A stretch of 64,000 nt of DNA, taken from Lama guanicoe (lineage: Eukaryota). The stretch lies in the NCBI GenBank assembly GCA_013239625.1, contig MU053376.1, forward strand, positions 2,282,507 to 2,346,506, in the 5' to 3' direction. How positions within the stretch are numbered: position 1 is the first letter of the stretch; each line of letters opens with the position of its first letter. This document shows positions 1-13,300 of the stretch, piece by piece. The notes beneath the pieces are model-generated. The model worked only from the letters and a program-made list of their open reading frames with translations. It was not told where the DNA came from and searched no databases. The position numbers were made by a program, and so were the translations under genes.

Positions 1-1157
1 AGCGTCCCTGTGTTGTCCCATCTGCCCTTTCCGATTTCCCACTACAGCCCGGTCCCCAATGGCTGAGGCATCCTGGGAGCTGCAGGCCACGGAGAGCTGG
101 GGCCAGGCGGCCGCCCCTCCTCTGCTGAGCTCTCGGACACCACCAGTGTGCCCGGCAGATGGGAGTGAGTGTGGGTGTGTGTGTGTGCGTGTGCCCGTGC
201 GCGTGTGCCTGGGTCAGGGCCTGGGCTTGTGCATTTGAGGGGCCAGGGGCAGGCGGGGCTGCGGAGGGGGGCCCCCCGTGGCTCAGGAACCCTCTCCCTC
301 CTCGGGCCTGCTCTGCCCGCATCGGGCCTTCCGAAGTGCCTGGGAAGCCTGTCCAGATCCTGAGCCAGGCCGTCGCGCCCGCCTCTGTGAGCTGGTTCCG
401 GGGGGGTGGAGAGGAGTGACTTAGCCCCCCCCCAGCCATCCGGAAGACTGGAGCCCCGCCCCGGGACCCGGCTCCCCTCTCAGTGCTGGGCCGGGTCCTC
501 TGCGGCGCTGATATACCGAGTCACCTCTCTGCTTCCCCTTCCTGCCATTATTAACCCATCTTCTTTATTTTCTGACATTTTAGCCATTTCTCAGCAGGCC
601 CCCTCTCAGCCCTCGGGGGTGAGCCTGGGCGGTTTATGAATGACACAGAGCTACTGCCTTTCCGGGCCTCCCGGGGTCCGGGGGCGTCGGCCAGCGAGCC
701 CTGTGGTCGAAGGCAGCACCGCTTATGTGGCCCTGCTGTAAACTCTGCCATGTGGCCCTGAGGGTGGGGGGGGGTCTTCGCACCAAAGATGTCCCAACTC
801 TGCCCCTTCCCCATCAGCCACCGTGCCCCCACCCCAAACAACTCAGCATCGCGTGTCCAGGCCAGTGAGGGGGTGGGGTGGGGAGCCCCCACGTATGCAT
901 GAGGAGCAGTGTGAGGAGAGGCCCTCTGTGCCATGGTCCCTTGGGGCAGGGGTGGCACTAATATTTCAGCTTTCATCTCCCTCAGGGGCAGGGTTTGGGG
1001 GTCGGGGGTGCCCAGGGTCTTCTCTGGGCAGGGAGGAGGGCTCTGAGGACCTGCAGTACCTCCCTGACTCTGACGGTGTGTCCAGCACTCAGATTGTTGT
1101 AAACTGTTGTTTTGTATGAGCAAAATTGTCTTTACTAAACAGATTTAATAGTTGAAA
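1..1157 (+). other. MAPKAPK2: Probable distal 3'UTR of MAPKAPK2 (no coding sequence in window)
   Basis: GC-rich UTR-like sequence ending in TGTA motifs, ACTAAA at 1134-1139 and a downstream T-rich tract. The end resembles the human MAPKAPK2 3' end as recalled. MAPKAPK2 is the known convergent neighbour of IL10. Confidence 0.7.
1134..1139 (+). terminator. Variant polyadenylation signal ACTAAA
   Basis: Upstream TGTA elements and a downstream T/GT-rich element (~1158-1175); no AATAAA nearby. Confidence 0.6.
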
Positions 1158-2324
1158 TGTTTTCTTTCTCTTCCTTCATGGGGCTCAGCCCCTTGACTCC
1201 CCCACCTCTCTTATCCCCATGCGTGGAGATCCGTGTTGTGAGTGGGGAGGGCAGGGTCCTGGGGTCCTGGGAGAGGAGAGGAGGGCCTCCCGGATGAGAG
1301 GGAGCCAGCGCCTGCCCCGTCGAGGGCCTGGCCGGGGTGTGATGTGTCTGGTGTGGGTTTTTGAAGAGCAGGGCCGGTGACACCCACGGCTGGAGAGCCT
1401 TTGCCCATCTGCCAGGTACTGAATCAAGGGCCAGGCGCCGGCACCCTCAGCCTTGGGGGCCGGCTGGCGTGGGGGTCCATGAAGAAGTTGGTGGTGTTGG
1501 TGAATTGGTTCAAATTCTGGGAAAGAGACCAGAGGAGCAAGTTGCTGTAGTTCCTGAAAGTACCAGGAGGGGGTGATAGGGGTCAGGCAGAAACCAGAAT
1601 ACTCTTCGTTGGACCTGGAAGGGGCCCCAGGGCTCATGTGACTGATTCCCCTCAACTGACAGATGGGAAGACTGAGGCCCAGGGGTGGGCTATTTGGGGT
1701 CATGCAGTGAATTGGTTTGCCATAGAGTCTAAGGTGGAAATTGCTCTACCGACCCCACTGCTCTTCCTCCCAGTCAGATGGAAAATGGCCATAGACAGTT
1801 TGACCTGCGTTTTCTCACGTGCTCCTCAGAGCTGTCAGGGGAGGAAGGCAGGGAGGGACTGTTATCCCTGTTTTATGAGGAAACCCACTGAGGGTCAGGG
1901 CATGTGCTGGGGGTCACAGCTGACTGGTTTGGACTGGAACTCGGGATCCCGAAGGCCTGGGGTCGTCCTCAGACCCAGCCTCGCAGCTGGAGGGGAGGCC
2001 CACCCTTCCCCCTAGGCATCTGAGGGTCGTGTCTCCACTCCTCAGGCTCACGGGAGAGGCAGGCGTCCCTGGTGGCCCCCTGAATGGGTTGCTGTGGTTG
2101 GCTCCTCTCTTGAAACTCTACCCATCACTCTAGAAACCACTGCTCAAATGAAACAGCATGAGGTTTTGCTTTCAGAGAAATCCAGTCATGTCTGTGCATA
2201 TGTAGGTCTCAGAGGTGCTAAGCACCTGGGGGACGAGGGAATGAGGGGAGCTAGGGTGGGAATTGGGATGTGGGTGGGGGGAAGGGCACTGTCAGCACTC
2301 TGCTGTCTTTGGAGACCTTTCTGT

Positions 2325-2752
2325 TGCTGTGTAATACATTTTGTGGCTTAAGCCAGCACAACCTTACTAAGTTACAGTTCTGAAGTCAGAAGTCTGACAT
2401 GGTCTCACTGGTCTAAAATCAAGGTCTCAGCAGAGCTGTGTTCCTTTTTAGAGGTTTAGGAGATGCTGTGGGTTTCACTTTCCAGCTTCTAGAGGCTTTG
2501 GCCCGTGGCCTCCTTCTCCATCTGCAAGACCAGCAACATCGCATCTCTCTGGCCCTTCCGTCGTCTCCTCTCTGACCTATGCAGGAAGGAGTCTCCACTT
2601 TTAAGGACTTATGTGGTTAGATTGGGCCTACCCAGGTGATCCCGAGGTCCTGCACTGTAACCTCATCTGCAGAGCCCCTTTGCCGTGTCAGGGTAAGGTG
2701 TTCAGGTCCAGGGATAGGGATGCGGGCATTTGTGGGGCCACTGCTCCACCAC
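2325..2752 (-). mobile_element. MaLR (MLT1-type) solo LTR
   Basis: Typical motifs (cagttctgaagtcagaagtctg, ctaaaatcaagg, catctgcagagccc). Boundaries approximate. Confidence 0.65.
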
Positions 2753-4771
2753 AGAGGCCTGTCTGGCAGCCTTCTCGTCCTCTTGCCCTGCATCTTAATT
2801 AACACTTGTGTTGTGTTTCCTCCTCCATCTGGGTCAGCCCAGCTCATGATACTGGGGTTCAGGGAAGGTGGCTGGGGTGAAGGGCAGGAGGGGTCTTGGT
2901 GGGGGGGGGGAGGCAGCTTCTGCTCCACTGAGTGGAGCTGTTGCCTTTTCTATGGAACAGGGGTGGCCGTCCGCGGCCCCGCAGCTGTTGTGAGGAGTGC
3001 AGTGAGATGCCTCAGGTGCCCGGTGGCCTTTATCACTACGTCTGTCCCCCTCTCGGGGGCTGCTTTCCCAAGAAGGCCCAGGGAACCTGAGGCTTGGAGC
3101 GGGCTTGGTGGTCTTGGCTCCTGTCCTCAGCCTGAGGGCGTGTCCTGTGCCTGGGGGTGAGGAGGCAGTTGGGTTGGTAAACAATAACAGAAAATTTGGG
3201 GTTTTCCTTTGACTGCGCTGGAGACAGGAAGTGTGGAGGGCTGTGAATGATGAGTGAGTAGAGTAGGCTGGGCTGGCTCAGGGTGTGAAGGAAATTCAGT
3301 TCTTCAAGGGAGGAGGGTGGAGTTGGTGAGGCTGGGGAGAGTGGCTGTCTCACCTGCCCTGTGAATGTAAACAGACCTGCTGGGCGCGCTGCAGGTGTGC
3401 CCGAGGGGGCTGGACTGGGCCCGGGGGACAGGCTCTGTGCTCTCTGCCCGGGAAGTACAGCTCCTCCTTGGCTGTGTCTCTTGAAGCCCAAGTTTGGGGG
3501 CCCCAGCCACCCCAGGGGGAGCCTGGCTGAGTTTGGGAGTAGCTACTCTTTGGAAGAGACACCAGGCTCTACTCTGAGGGGCCTTTTGGTGACATCCTCT
3601 TCTTTCCCCTGCACTCAGTTGGACCAGTGTGGAGACCAGCCAACATACTAAATCACGCGATACCCAGGCACTTACTTGACTCACTGTGCTTTGGGAAAAA
3701 AACTAAGACCTAGTTCCTGCCCGGTTCCTAGTCAGTCAGAGACAAAACCCACGTGCAACCGTCAGAGGCCTCCCTTTTGCTGCATCCACTACCCGGACGC
3801 ATGCTTTGTGGTCTGAATCAATCCATTCAAAAGTGCTCCAGGAAAGGGTGTGCCATCCAAACCCAGGTGGCTCAGGGCAGCCTCTTAGGGCCCTCTGGGT
3901 TTTGAGACTGGAGGAGATCCTGGATCCTGGGTCCTCGTCTGGATGAAGCCCTCAGTCCATGCCTTGCCCTCCGCCCCTGGGCCGTGAGGCTGAAACATGG
4001 CCATGCCAGGACTCTGAGAGGAGGGAAGCACTCCCGGGGGGGCGGGGGACAGGGACAGGGTCCTCCCCTAAACAGGCCACCTGTCGCAGGGTCAATGCCT
4101 CGGCCTCCTGGGCCTGAGCTGCGCGTGGGGAAGACCCCCAGCCTCCCTCCGGGAACAGAGACGCCATGCTCCGACTCAGTGCATCTCAGGCACCTGCCAT
4201 GTGTGATGCCCAGCACTTGGGACCTCGGGGAGACACAGATGAGTCAGAAGTGGGTCTGGCCTTCCTGGGGCTCAGGCTAGAGGCGTCGGTGGGTTTGGAC
4301 GTGACAGAAGGCAGGGAATGTCAGCACTTTTGTGAAACGGACAGAGCAGGTGGCTGCGGTGTCGGGGGTAGGTCTATTCTGGCAAAGGCTTAGGAGCCCT
4401 TTGAGCTGGCAGATCTGCCAAATTTGATGGTAGAAAAAGAGGGAACAGCATGGTGGAGATGTTCCCATTAGAGTTCCACTCTGGTTTCTACTGAGTCAGA
4501 GTCAGCCCTTCCTTTCTCTGAGCCTAGGCCCACCCCTTCTGTCTTCTCGTCTGCGATGCCGTCTGCTCATCGCTTCAGCCTGGCCTTTGGCCGTCGGTCC
4601 TCTGAGCGGGAATCCTGACTGACCCCCTCGATGGGGGGTGTCCTTAGTGTTTTCTGTCCGTTTTTTCTCTTCGGCCCCTTCAACCCGGAGTCCCCTCCTT
4701 TACCATCCATGCTTGTTTACCCCAAATCGAAATTTGGGAACATAGCCCGATAGGGATTTCCCCATATATTC

Positions 4772-4985
4772 TTTTTTTTTTAAAGTAAGGTGTAGTTGAT
4801 TTATATTATGTAAGTTTCAGGTGTACAACATAGTGATTACAATTTTTAAATATTCCATTTATAGTAACTATATGATATAGGCCGCATTCTCTGTGCTGTA
4901 CAATGTATCCTTGTAGCTTACTTATTTTACACATAGTAGTTTGTACCTCTCACTCCCCTCCCTTTCCCCTCCTCTCCCCATCCCC
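4772..4985 (-). mobile_element. L1 3'UTR fragment
   Basis: Poly-T followed by gtttcaggtgtacaacatagtgat...tgtgctgtacaatgtatccttg, similar to the other L1 3' ends in the window. Confidence 0.75.
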
Positions 4986-5011
4986 TCCTAGTCTTAAGGT
5001 CATTAATTTTT

Positions 5012-5213
5012 TTTTTTTGAGAGTTATGGTTTATTCGGGGCACTTTCTGAGGACTTCCCACCCCGGAGGCAGCCTCTCAGATTGCTGGAAGGGACTGCTC
5101 TGAAGAGGTAGACTGATAAATAACTAAAATTTGCAGATTATGCAACAATGAACATGTACAGCTTTTCCTAAAATTTTCTAGTGGTTTTCTTTTTCCTGGT
5201 ATTTAAGTAAAAT
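5012..5213 (-). mobile_element. L1-mediated retrocopy ending in LTR-like sequence
   Basis: 14-bp direct repeat GGTCATTAATTTTT at 4998-5011 and 5214-5227; poly-T tract; minus-strand AATAAA at 5030-5035. Confidence 0.65.
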
Positions 5214-6823
5214 GGTCATTAATTTTTAAAGAATCCTTACAAGGTGTTATATCTTAAACTTAGACCATTTTTTAGTTACACATTTTACACGTCATTATAC
5301 AGAAGGATCACGTTACATGAGATTGGGGAGGTTCTCGAAAAGTGGGGTGAATGGCTGTCAAGGCCTCCTTACTCCTCTCCCCTCTGAGTGTCTCTGAAAA
5401 GCCGAGTTCTCTGCAGGCCTTTCTAATCCCTGTTCACCACGATCCCTGCACCACACGTCAGTATACTAAGCCTGAAGCCCTTGAGAGCGTCCCTGTAACA
5501 AATACAGCTTTTAGTGTACCTAAGCTTCCACACTTTTTATTTTTCACACACCAACCTCTCCAGCCTGAGGTTGCCTTGAAAAGTCCATCCATCCTCTGGA
5601 GGAAGTAATTATTGTTGCTCTGAAGGAAAGTTACTACCCAGAGCCTCTGTCCAGGAGGTCTTGGCTGTCAAGGCTGCAGGATCTCAGGTGGGGCTGCTAG
5701 TGGGTAGCTAATCCTCGGAGCCAGGAACCTGCACTTGGTAAATCATTTTTAGGGGCCAGGCTGCCATGCAAATACATTCATTTGCATAGCTTTCTTGCTC
5801 TAAAGGACAGTGAAGTTTCCGACCCCATTCAACACCCCTGCCAGGATTTGCAAGTGAAATACTGGGACTGGCTTTCCCCCTTTGCTATCCCCCTCCTTTC
5901 ACGATTCCTCTCCTCCCCTGGGTTTTGTTTCTGCCCCTCAGGCTCTGTGTGACCAAATACTGCTCTTGACCTCTCTGATCCTAGGGGAGCAGAGTTTGCG
6001 GGCCCTGAGATGCAAAGTACTGCAAAGGTCATGCAAATGAGCCCACAGTCTGAGTGGCTCTGGCCCAAGGCCAGGCCAGTAGCTAGCTCAGGCCACTGCT
6101 GTCTGGAACCATGTGAAACGTGACCTTGTTCCTTCCTCAGTTCAGGCAGCTGCTGGTTCTTGTTCCTCAAATAGAGCTTCCTGAGGGCTCTGAGGCCTCA
6201 AGGTTCACCCTCTGATATGGAGACCTGTGGTTCTGAATTCACCGATCAGGGGTTTATTTTTCCAAGAAATCACAATCTCATCTGACTCTGAGACCAAAAC
6301 CTTGGTTAGTTGTGACTGGTGCAGGGAGATCTGGTTTTTGCTGTGAGACCTAGAGGGGGGCGATGGTTTTCTGGCACTCAGCTGTCTCCTTTTCTGGTCA
6401 GAAACCCGTCTTACGGAAATGGTCCTCATACTGAGACTCTAACCCTACCTCTCACCCCACCCACTCACCCACAGAGGGGACAAGGGCAGGAGGGAAGGCG
6501 ACAAGGGCTAGCCCTTCTCTGAGCCAGTCTGCAAGGAAGAGGAAGAGGTAGACCAGAAACCCAGTCTCACCTGCCTATTCCAGGTTCTGAGGATGGTGGC
6601 CAGCCCAGCCCAGGTGTGCAGTGTGTGCTGGGTGAATGGATGCATCTAACGGACAATTAATGCAAGCAATTCTAGTCTTTCCAACATCAAAGAAATTATA
6701 TACACATGTAATCATATACACATACAGAATGAAATGTGGAAGTTTAACTTCAAGACCTCTCCTCAGTCAACTGTGCCAACTCCCTCTTCAGAATAATTAC
6801 TTTTAACAGCTTGATTTGATTTT

Positions 6824-6967
6824 TTTATTTTGGAGTTTTTTTTTGGGGGGGGAAAGGTAATTAGGTTTATTTATTTATTTACTTTTTTTAGATAAGGTAC
6901 TGGGGATTGAACCCAGGGCCTCATGCATGCTGAGCATGTGCTCTACCACTGAGCAATACTTTCCCCC
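6824..6967 (-). mobile_element. tRNA-Ala-derived SINE (camelid Vic-1-like)
   Basis: Minus strand has A box (GCTCAGTGG), B box (GGTTCAATCC) and an A-rich tail. TSD TTGATTTGATTTT at 6811-6823 and 6968-6980. Confidence 0.85.
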
Positions 6968-7129
6968 TTGATTTGATTTTGATTTTGATTTTATCCAGCT
7001 TTGCCAAAAGACTCTAATTATCTAGCTACATACATATATGCTCAAAAACACACGTGAGAAATTTCTTTAAAGGATATGACAAGTATAAATGGTATCAGTA
7101 GGCAGATTGTTCAACAACTTGATTTTTAA

Positions 7130-7570
7130 AAAAATTGTGGTAAAATGCCTGTAACATAATACCTACCATCTCCACCATTTTTAAGTGTAAAGTTAAGTAG
7201 CATTATATTTACACTGTTGTGCAACCAAGCTCCAGAACTTCAAACCTGTTAATCAACATGCTTTTTTTGAATTAGCATCTGTTAGTGGTTGTCTGACTGA
7301 ACTCAGAACTGTCACATTCATTTTTAACAGCTGCAGAGTATCCCATAGTGTGGATGTGCCATAATTTATCTGCTATTGGTGGATGTCTCATTTCTATTCA
7401 TGTTGCAAACATCTAATACAGTATCTTTGTGTACATGTGTAATGATTTCTGTAGGGTATGTTCCTAGAAGTGGAATGCTTAAAGGCCACGCACATTGTAG
7501 GGTTTGGTAAGCACTGCCAAAGAGACAGTATCAATTTATGAATGGACAAACTTTGTACATTGCTTTCTGA
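7130..7570 (-). mobile_element. Old L1M fragments
   Basis: L1M-like motifs (accatttttaagtgtaa; cagctgcagagtatcccatagtgtggatgtgccataattta; ttcctagaagtggaat). Confidence 0.55.
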
Positions 7571-8439
7571 ATGAGAGGCCCACGAAGGGATTTGCTGTCA
7601 GCTGTGGGGCAATCTGGGGACAGAGTAAGTCAGCTGAGAAAAAGAGCATGTTCGAAGCACTTCCCCAAACTGATAGATGCGTACCCTTGGCTACACTCTG
7701 GGCGACTGGAAAAGTCAGGTCTGGAGAGGGCAAGGGAATTCCTTCAACCTCCCGCCTATTCAGCAGCTCTGCTCACTCAGTTTCGGTTATTTGCATAAAT
7801 TTTGGATGTATAGGCAGAATGGCTCAAAGATAATACTGAGGTTCAGCCTAACCCAGCCTCTGACTGGTGTTTGATCTGACCCACTGCTCAGACTTGGAAA
7901 CCAGTGGCCCTGGTGGGAACACCGAGGAGATGACAGCGTACAAATGACTTTGACATACGAAAGACGGGTGGGTGCTGTAAGGGAGGCCTGGGGTGCTGTG
8001 GGGGGTTACCTCTTCCCACAGGAGGAATAGCCCCTCTGATTAGGGGGACCGGGGAGAGAAAGGCACATGCTGGGAGGCTCTGACTCGGGGTCCTAGGTGT
8101 TGTGGGGGTCACAGGAGATGTGCAAGGATTTTTTTCTTACGATACAGGAGCTCAACCACATTTCCCCCAAAACCCTTTTTGGGACACTGATTGTGTCCAG
8201 CCCTCTGCTGTTGACTGAGTTTGAGATCAGGCTTGTGACATGGCGGGTAACAGCCCAGCTGCACACTGCACAGGAGACAGCTTTGGAGTTACACTCAACT
8301 GGGTTCACACTATGGACAAGTGACTTGACCTCTCTGAGCCTCAGTTTATCAGCGAGTACAATGGGGATAATAACTGTGGCACCCCACAATTATTAATTAA
8401 ATATTACTATTTAGAATACTTAATTATAAGACTGTGTCC

Positions 8440-8841
8440 ACAGGCCTCCAATTACAGCATAATCATCCAAGGGCCCTGGCTGCTTGCTATGAAATCCACT
8501 GTTGCATCTGCACTGAGACCATCCTGCCCTCTACGTGTCCCCAGCCAATGACTGGGCACAGCAGGGATGCTAAGGCACATCGGTTCCTGGGGGAACCAGG
8601 ACCACAGTGACGGCTGACTTTGGTTGGAGGATTCCGTGGCAACTCTGTGAAACACCCAGGATGCCTGTGTCCAAACTTCTGTGCCTGGTTCCTCGATGGC
8701 ATCAAATGTGATCTGATGGCTCTCCCTGCCTGACCCGGCTCCCACCCTATTTTCTCTCATAAAGGCATCTCCCCTAGTAAAAAGTGCTTGCATGTTTAAT
8801 CTCATTGTGTCCTCTGCTTCTCAGAGGACCCAGACTAACAC
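8440..8841. mobile_element. Old ERVL-type LTR-like element, family uncertain
   Basis: Ends in ...ctgcttctcagaggacccagactaacaca, which is LTR-terminus-like, and interrupts a MIR-like sequence. Confidence 0.4.
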
Positions 8842-9734
8842 AACCAGAGCATTGACCTCATTTGGTTGTTGTGAGGAGCAAACGAAAATGGTGTGAAAAT
8901 CATGTAAAAGCTTGAGCGTAATGCCTGGCACACAGCACTTCTTACTGTAAATCACAGTAAGTCATCTTATTACTGTTTCAGTGTGAGCAGGTGCCTTAAC
9001 TAAAAAGGAGACTTTAGGTTTGGGATCTAGGAACATGTCTTCCTGCCCCTTCCCTGCCCCATTTGCTTCTCAGCCTTCTACCCCACTGACCCACACCCTC
9101 ACTCGTGTCCTTTCATAACCCACTGACCCTGCAGGTGCCCTAGGTTGGCCCCCGGTTGCTCTCTGCCTGGGCTGAGGTGTAACGCTTTGTGGCTTTGGCT
9201 GGGAAAGGCTGCTCTAATATCTGTGGTGGGGATGTTCAGACCCACTGGGTCTGTGGCTCTTTGGCCCGGCAGAGAGGATCCCCGCCCATGCTGGGACGTG
9301 ACTTGCTGGAGGCAGCGTGAGTACTGCGTGGGTCCTTGGAGGGCATCGGCGGCCCGGGCAGAGCTGGGGGCCAAGGGAGGATGTTGGGAAGACAGCATGC
9401 CTTTGGGCGAAACAAGCCATGAGAAGCGAGGGTGAGTCACAGGGTTTCTCTCAAAACTCCCATGCCCATGGTATCTAGAAAGAGCTGAAAATGGAGTCCG
9501 CCAGCCCCAGCCTCAGCCCCAGTTCTGAGAATGCATCCCCCACCCCCCTCCCACAGCTGCCAAAATTAATCAGGCCCCTGCCTTCGGGGGTGAAAACTGC
9601 TGGGTTATATCCCAGCAAAGGAGGCCCCAGAGATCAGGGCTGATTGGAAGGAAATGTGAGAAAATCCGTGTCTAGGTTGGGTTTCGAAACCTGGTTCTTT
9701 CTGCTCACACCAGCAAAGAAAATGTGGCTTGAGT

Positions 9735-10125
9735 GGTTGGTACAGGAGAGGCTGTGTGATGTGGTGTGGGCTGGCGCCCTGGACTCTGACAGATTCAGGT
9801 CACGTTCGGCCTCTTCCACTTGCCAGTTCAAGGCCTGAAACCTCTGTTAAGCCTCAATTTCCCATCAGTGAAACAGTGACAGAGGGCAACGCTGTCAGTG
9901 TTTTGTGAGAATTAAATAGCTGATTGGTGTAAACCCTTGGCCCAGTTCCTGTAAACCTCTCCACACAGTGAACAAAGAAACCTCCCAGCTCTGTTTACAG
10001 GCCCCCATTCCCCTCTGTCACCTTCTTTTGTGGAGTATGACCTCCAACAACCCTGTGAGATAGTGGTATTAATATCCCCATTTTATAGATTTGTAAACTG
10101 AGGCACAGCTTGATTAAGTACCTGG
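9735..10125. mobile_element. MIR fragments
   Basis: MIR core motifs (gcctcaatttcccatc; cccattttatagat...aaactgaggcacag). Confidence 0.55.
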
Positions 10126-12869
10126 AAAATAATCCTTTATCGTCCAGGACCCTGATGTTCAGCAGAAGTTTATAGGTTGCTTGGAACACCTTCCAAGGGC
10201 AGTGAAGTCATCTGAGGCGCAGAGAGGCTCACGGCCACTTGTCAGCGGACAAGCCGCAACAGTCATGGACCTGAGGGGCTGGAAGGGCACCATGCAGGCC
10301 CCTGGCCCCCAGGCCCCCAGGATACAATGCTCCTTCAGATATCTGCACAATGTGTTTCCTTTATGTTCTGTTCATGTGTCACTTCTCCAAAGACGCCTAC
10401 CTTTATAGCTCAAGTTCAAACTGCAGGCTTCCTTCCCACCCATGACTCCTCACTCTGGGCACTGGATTCCCCTCCGTGGATTTAAATCATTTTTATTGAA
10501 GTACAATGTACGTACTGAAAATTCCCCTATGTAATCCACCCTGCCCCACCCCATAGATCTGATCACTTTCTGAAAATCTGTAAAACATTCATAATGACTG
10601 GAATATAAGCTCCACCAGGGCAGGAGTTAGTGTCTGCTTTATTCACTGATACAACCCCAGCACCTGGCACACAGTAGGTCCTCAGATATTTGTTAAATGT
10701 TGGCGGGAACCTAGCAATGTCCAGGACTCAGCAGACAGTGAAGGTGCACAAGGCAGAGCCCCGGCCTCCCTGACAGTTTCGAGGAGGCAGCACCAGGCAC
10801 TGTATGACTAAGTGCCAAAGAGTGTGGCAGAGGCAGCGGCACATGCTGTGGCCGGGAGCCGTCCCCAGAGGTCAGTGAGACCCAGGGAAGGCCTCCTGGG
10901 GGAGGGCAGATGGCACTCCGATGCTCTGAGCTCTCCTGTCACCTGAGACAGCGCCTCCTTCCCTGACACAAGGGAAGCCTTCCCTCTGTCAAACCCCAAT
11001 CCCGCTGGCTGCTGTTTGAACCCATTTCCTCTTGTTCTGCCCTCAGTGGGTCCTGTGGCAAGAACCGCACTAACCATTCCGACCCATCTCATTCCTCAAC
11101 CTGAGGTCCTTGCAGGCCCAGCAGGGGCTGCCACAAAGTGCCCACCGGAAGCCGGAGTAGAGCAAACGTATGGAGAGGCTGTCCCTGGCATTGGAGGGAA
11201 AGCCGACACGTGGCGGATGCTCAGCACATATCAGACGAGTGGACAGATGAAGTTGAGGGCGAAAAGATGCCCTGAGAATTCCTTCCAATGACATAGCTTC
11301 TGTCTAGACTTCAGCGGCTACATCATGTCAACACATTTTTGGTTGTTGTTTCATTTGATTATTTATTTGTGTTCAATATTTTATATTTACATACTTTTTC
11401 TCCAAATAGAAGCTTCCAAAACTGTATTCATTGTGATACAAGATAGCTGAAAAAAAAACAAATAAGAAAATCAAGGAAAAAAGACAAAAAGTGGGGAAGG
11501 AGGAGGGTGCCCCCAGAAGCTCTTATGCAGTGGGGCTGAGGAGAGCTGAAACCCAGACATTTAAACAGGGAAAGTGGAGTGTCACGATTCTTAGGGGGAA
11601 CTAAGACCCCATAAAACTGCTCTGGTTTGTATCACTCACTCCTATCCAGGCACGTCAGGCAACAAGCTGAGTGATGGACCTCCTGAGGGCATCCTGGAGT
11701 CAGACAATCTCAGGGCTGGAGACCTACGATGGGATACTGCTGTTGCCCAAACTTTCTGAAACCGTAGACCGCAAATCACACTTTTCATGCTTGCCCCCTT
11801 AAACCTTTAACTTTTACTTAAACTTTTAAAGCCTTAAACTTTTACTTAAAAGTCCCTGTCCTGAACCCCTGAATAGCTCCAGATAGAGCAAAAACCAAAG
11901 GGGAAGATCTCCTTTAGGTTCTGTGATCTCAGAGAGGTAATATTTTTTATCTGTTTTCACGAACAGAAAATATGTAATGATTTTTTCACAATTCTCAAAG
12001 CACATTTGCCACTGTTTTCATTGGCTTTCTACTGGAGTTCCATGAACTCTGTAACTTGTCACCAACCCCAGAGTTTACTCCCCGCTGTGGGAAGGAGTTC
12101 TGCACCCGTCAGAAGCCACACCCCTTTCCTCTTGGTTTGTCCTCTGTGACCCGGAAGAGCGGCGAGTGATGGCCACTTTGGAATTGTCCTGGGAGGCCTT
12201 CAAGGTGAAACTAAAGGAGCTTCAGGTTCAGAGCCCTGACTTTCATGGGCCCTTTTCTAATTTGGTGTCAGTAACTTTTCATTTTTTTTTTCTTAAAGAC
12301 AGCCTCCAAATTATTGCTAGCTTTGGGCCTCACAAAACCTAGATCCCTTGCTGCTTGTAATCCAGTGCAGCAGAAGAGGCTGGCTGTACACTGCAGCTTC
12401 CCGCCCCTTCCATGGCTGTTGCTGGAAAGTGGCTGCCCAGCCAGGGGCTACATTTTCCAGTCCCTCGGCTGAGTTCCAGTCAGTGGAATGCGGGCAGAAG
12501 GGATATGCCCACTGTCCCCAGGCCTGACCTATTAAAACCTCCCATGAATTTTCCAGTTTCCTTTCTACCATCTCTTCTGGTCGCCATGTCATCATTCAAG
12601 ACAACCATGGAGACCCTGGGTTGATGCTAGCGAAGTGAATTAAGAGTTTGTGCTGACCAGAGCCTACACTGGATGCTGAGTGGGGCCTCCTTTTTTGCTC
12701 TGTGGTTGTCACAGCCCTGTTGCGGGCTGGCTCTGCACCCCCATTGTTGGAGTAGAAGCCCCCAGCTCTGTTTCTGAGCTGCGGTGTGAGGTAGGCGGGA
12801 CTGGAGAGCTCCCACTGGGACCCACTGACTATTCCTCCGATCAACCATACTTCAAGTAAAAAAAAAAAA

Positions 12870-13300
12870 ATGAGTCTGACCCATTTTTGATGTTTGATTG
12901 CTGACATCCTTCGAACTTACATCTCCCCTTTCCTCTTCTGCCCCCATGAAATTAGCTTAAGCACACCCTCCTTTGGCACTGGCAGGTGGTTCCAACCATG
13001 CAGCCCGTGCCTGGGAATCCTTAGCAAGCCTGGTCACCTGTCATCATGAAACCCCAAGCTCCTGCTCTCTCCCAAGCCATTCATGGACCTGTTTGGGAAG
13101 CTGCCGGCTTCCCCCAGAAAGCCTCATTATGTGAATAAAAAAACCTTTCCATGCCCTCTTGGGGGGTGTGTGTGTTTAAGTGGAGGTACTGGGGATTGAA
13201 CCCAGGACCTCGTGCATGCTAAGCACGAGTGCTGCCACTGAGCTATTTCCCTCCCCTTGGCATTATCAGTCTTGTCATCTGAACCACAGTTTGGGTGACT
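12870..13300 (+). mobile_element. ERV LTR-like remnant interrupted by a SINE
   Basis: cctcattatgtgAATAAAaaaacctttcc polyA region typical of LTRs. Family not assigned. Confidence 0.4.
13175..13256 (-). mobile_element. tRNA-Ala-derived SINE, short copy
   Basis: Same tRNA-like body as the copy at 6824-6967. Confidence 0.8.

Noticed and set aside
159..1703. Cluster of ORFs at the window start
   Set aside because: No kinase motifs; GC-rich UTR and flank yield chance ORFs.
6890..6967. tRNA-Ala gene (also near 13180, 52800 and 57545)
   Set aside because: Diverged stems, shared A-rich tails and TSDs show these are SINEs.
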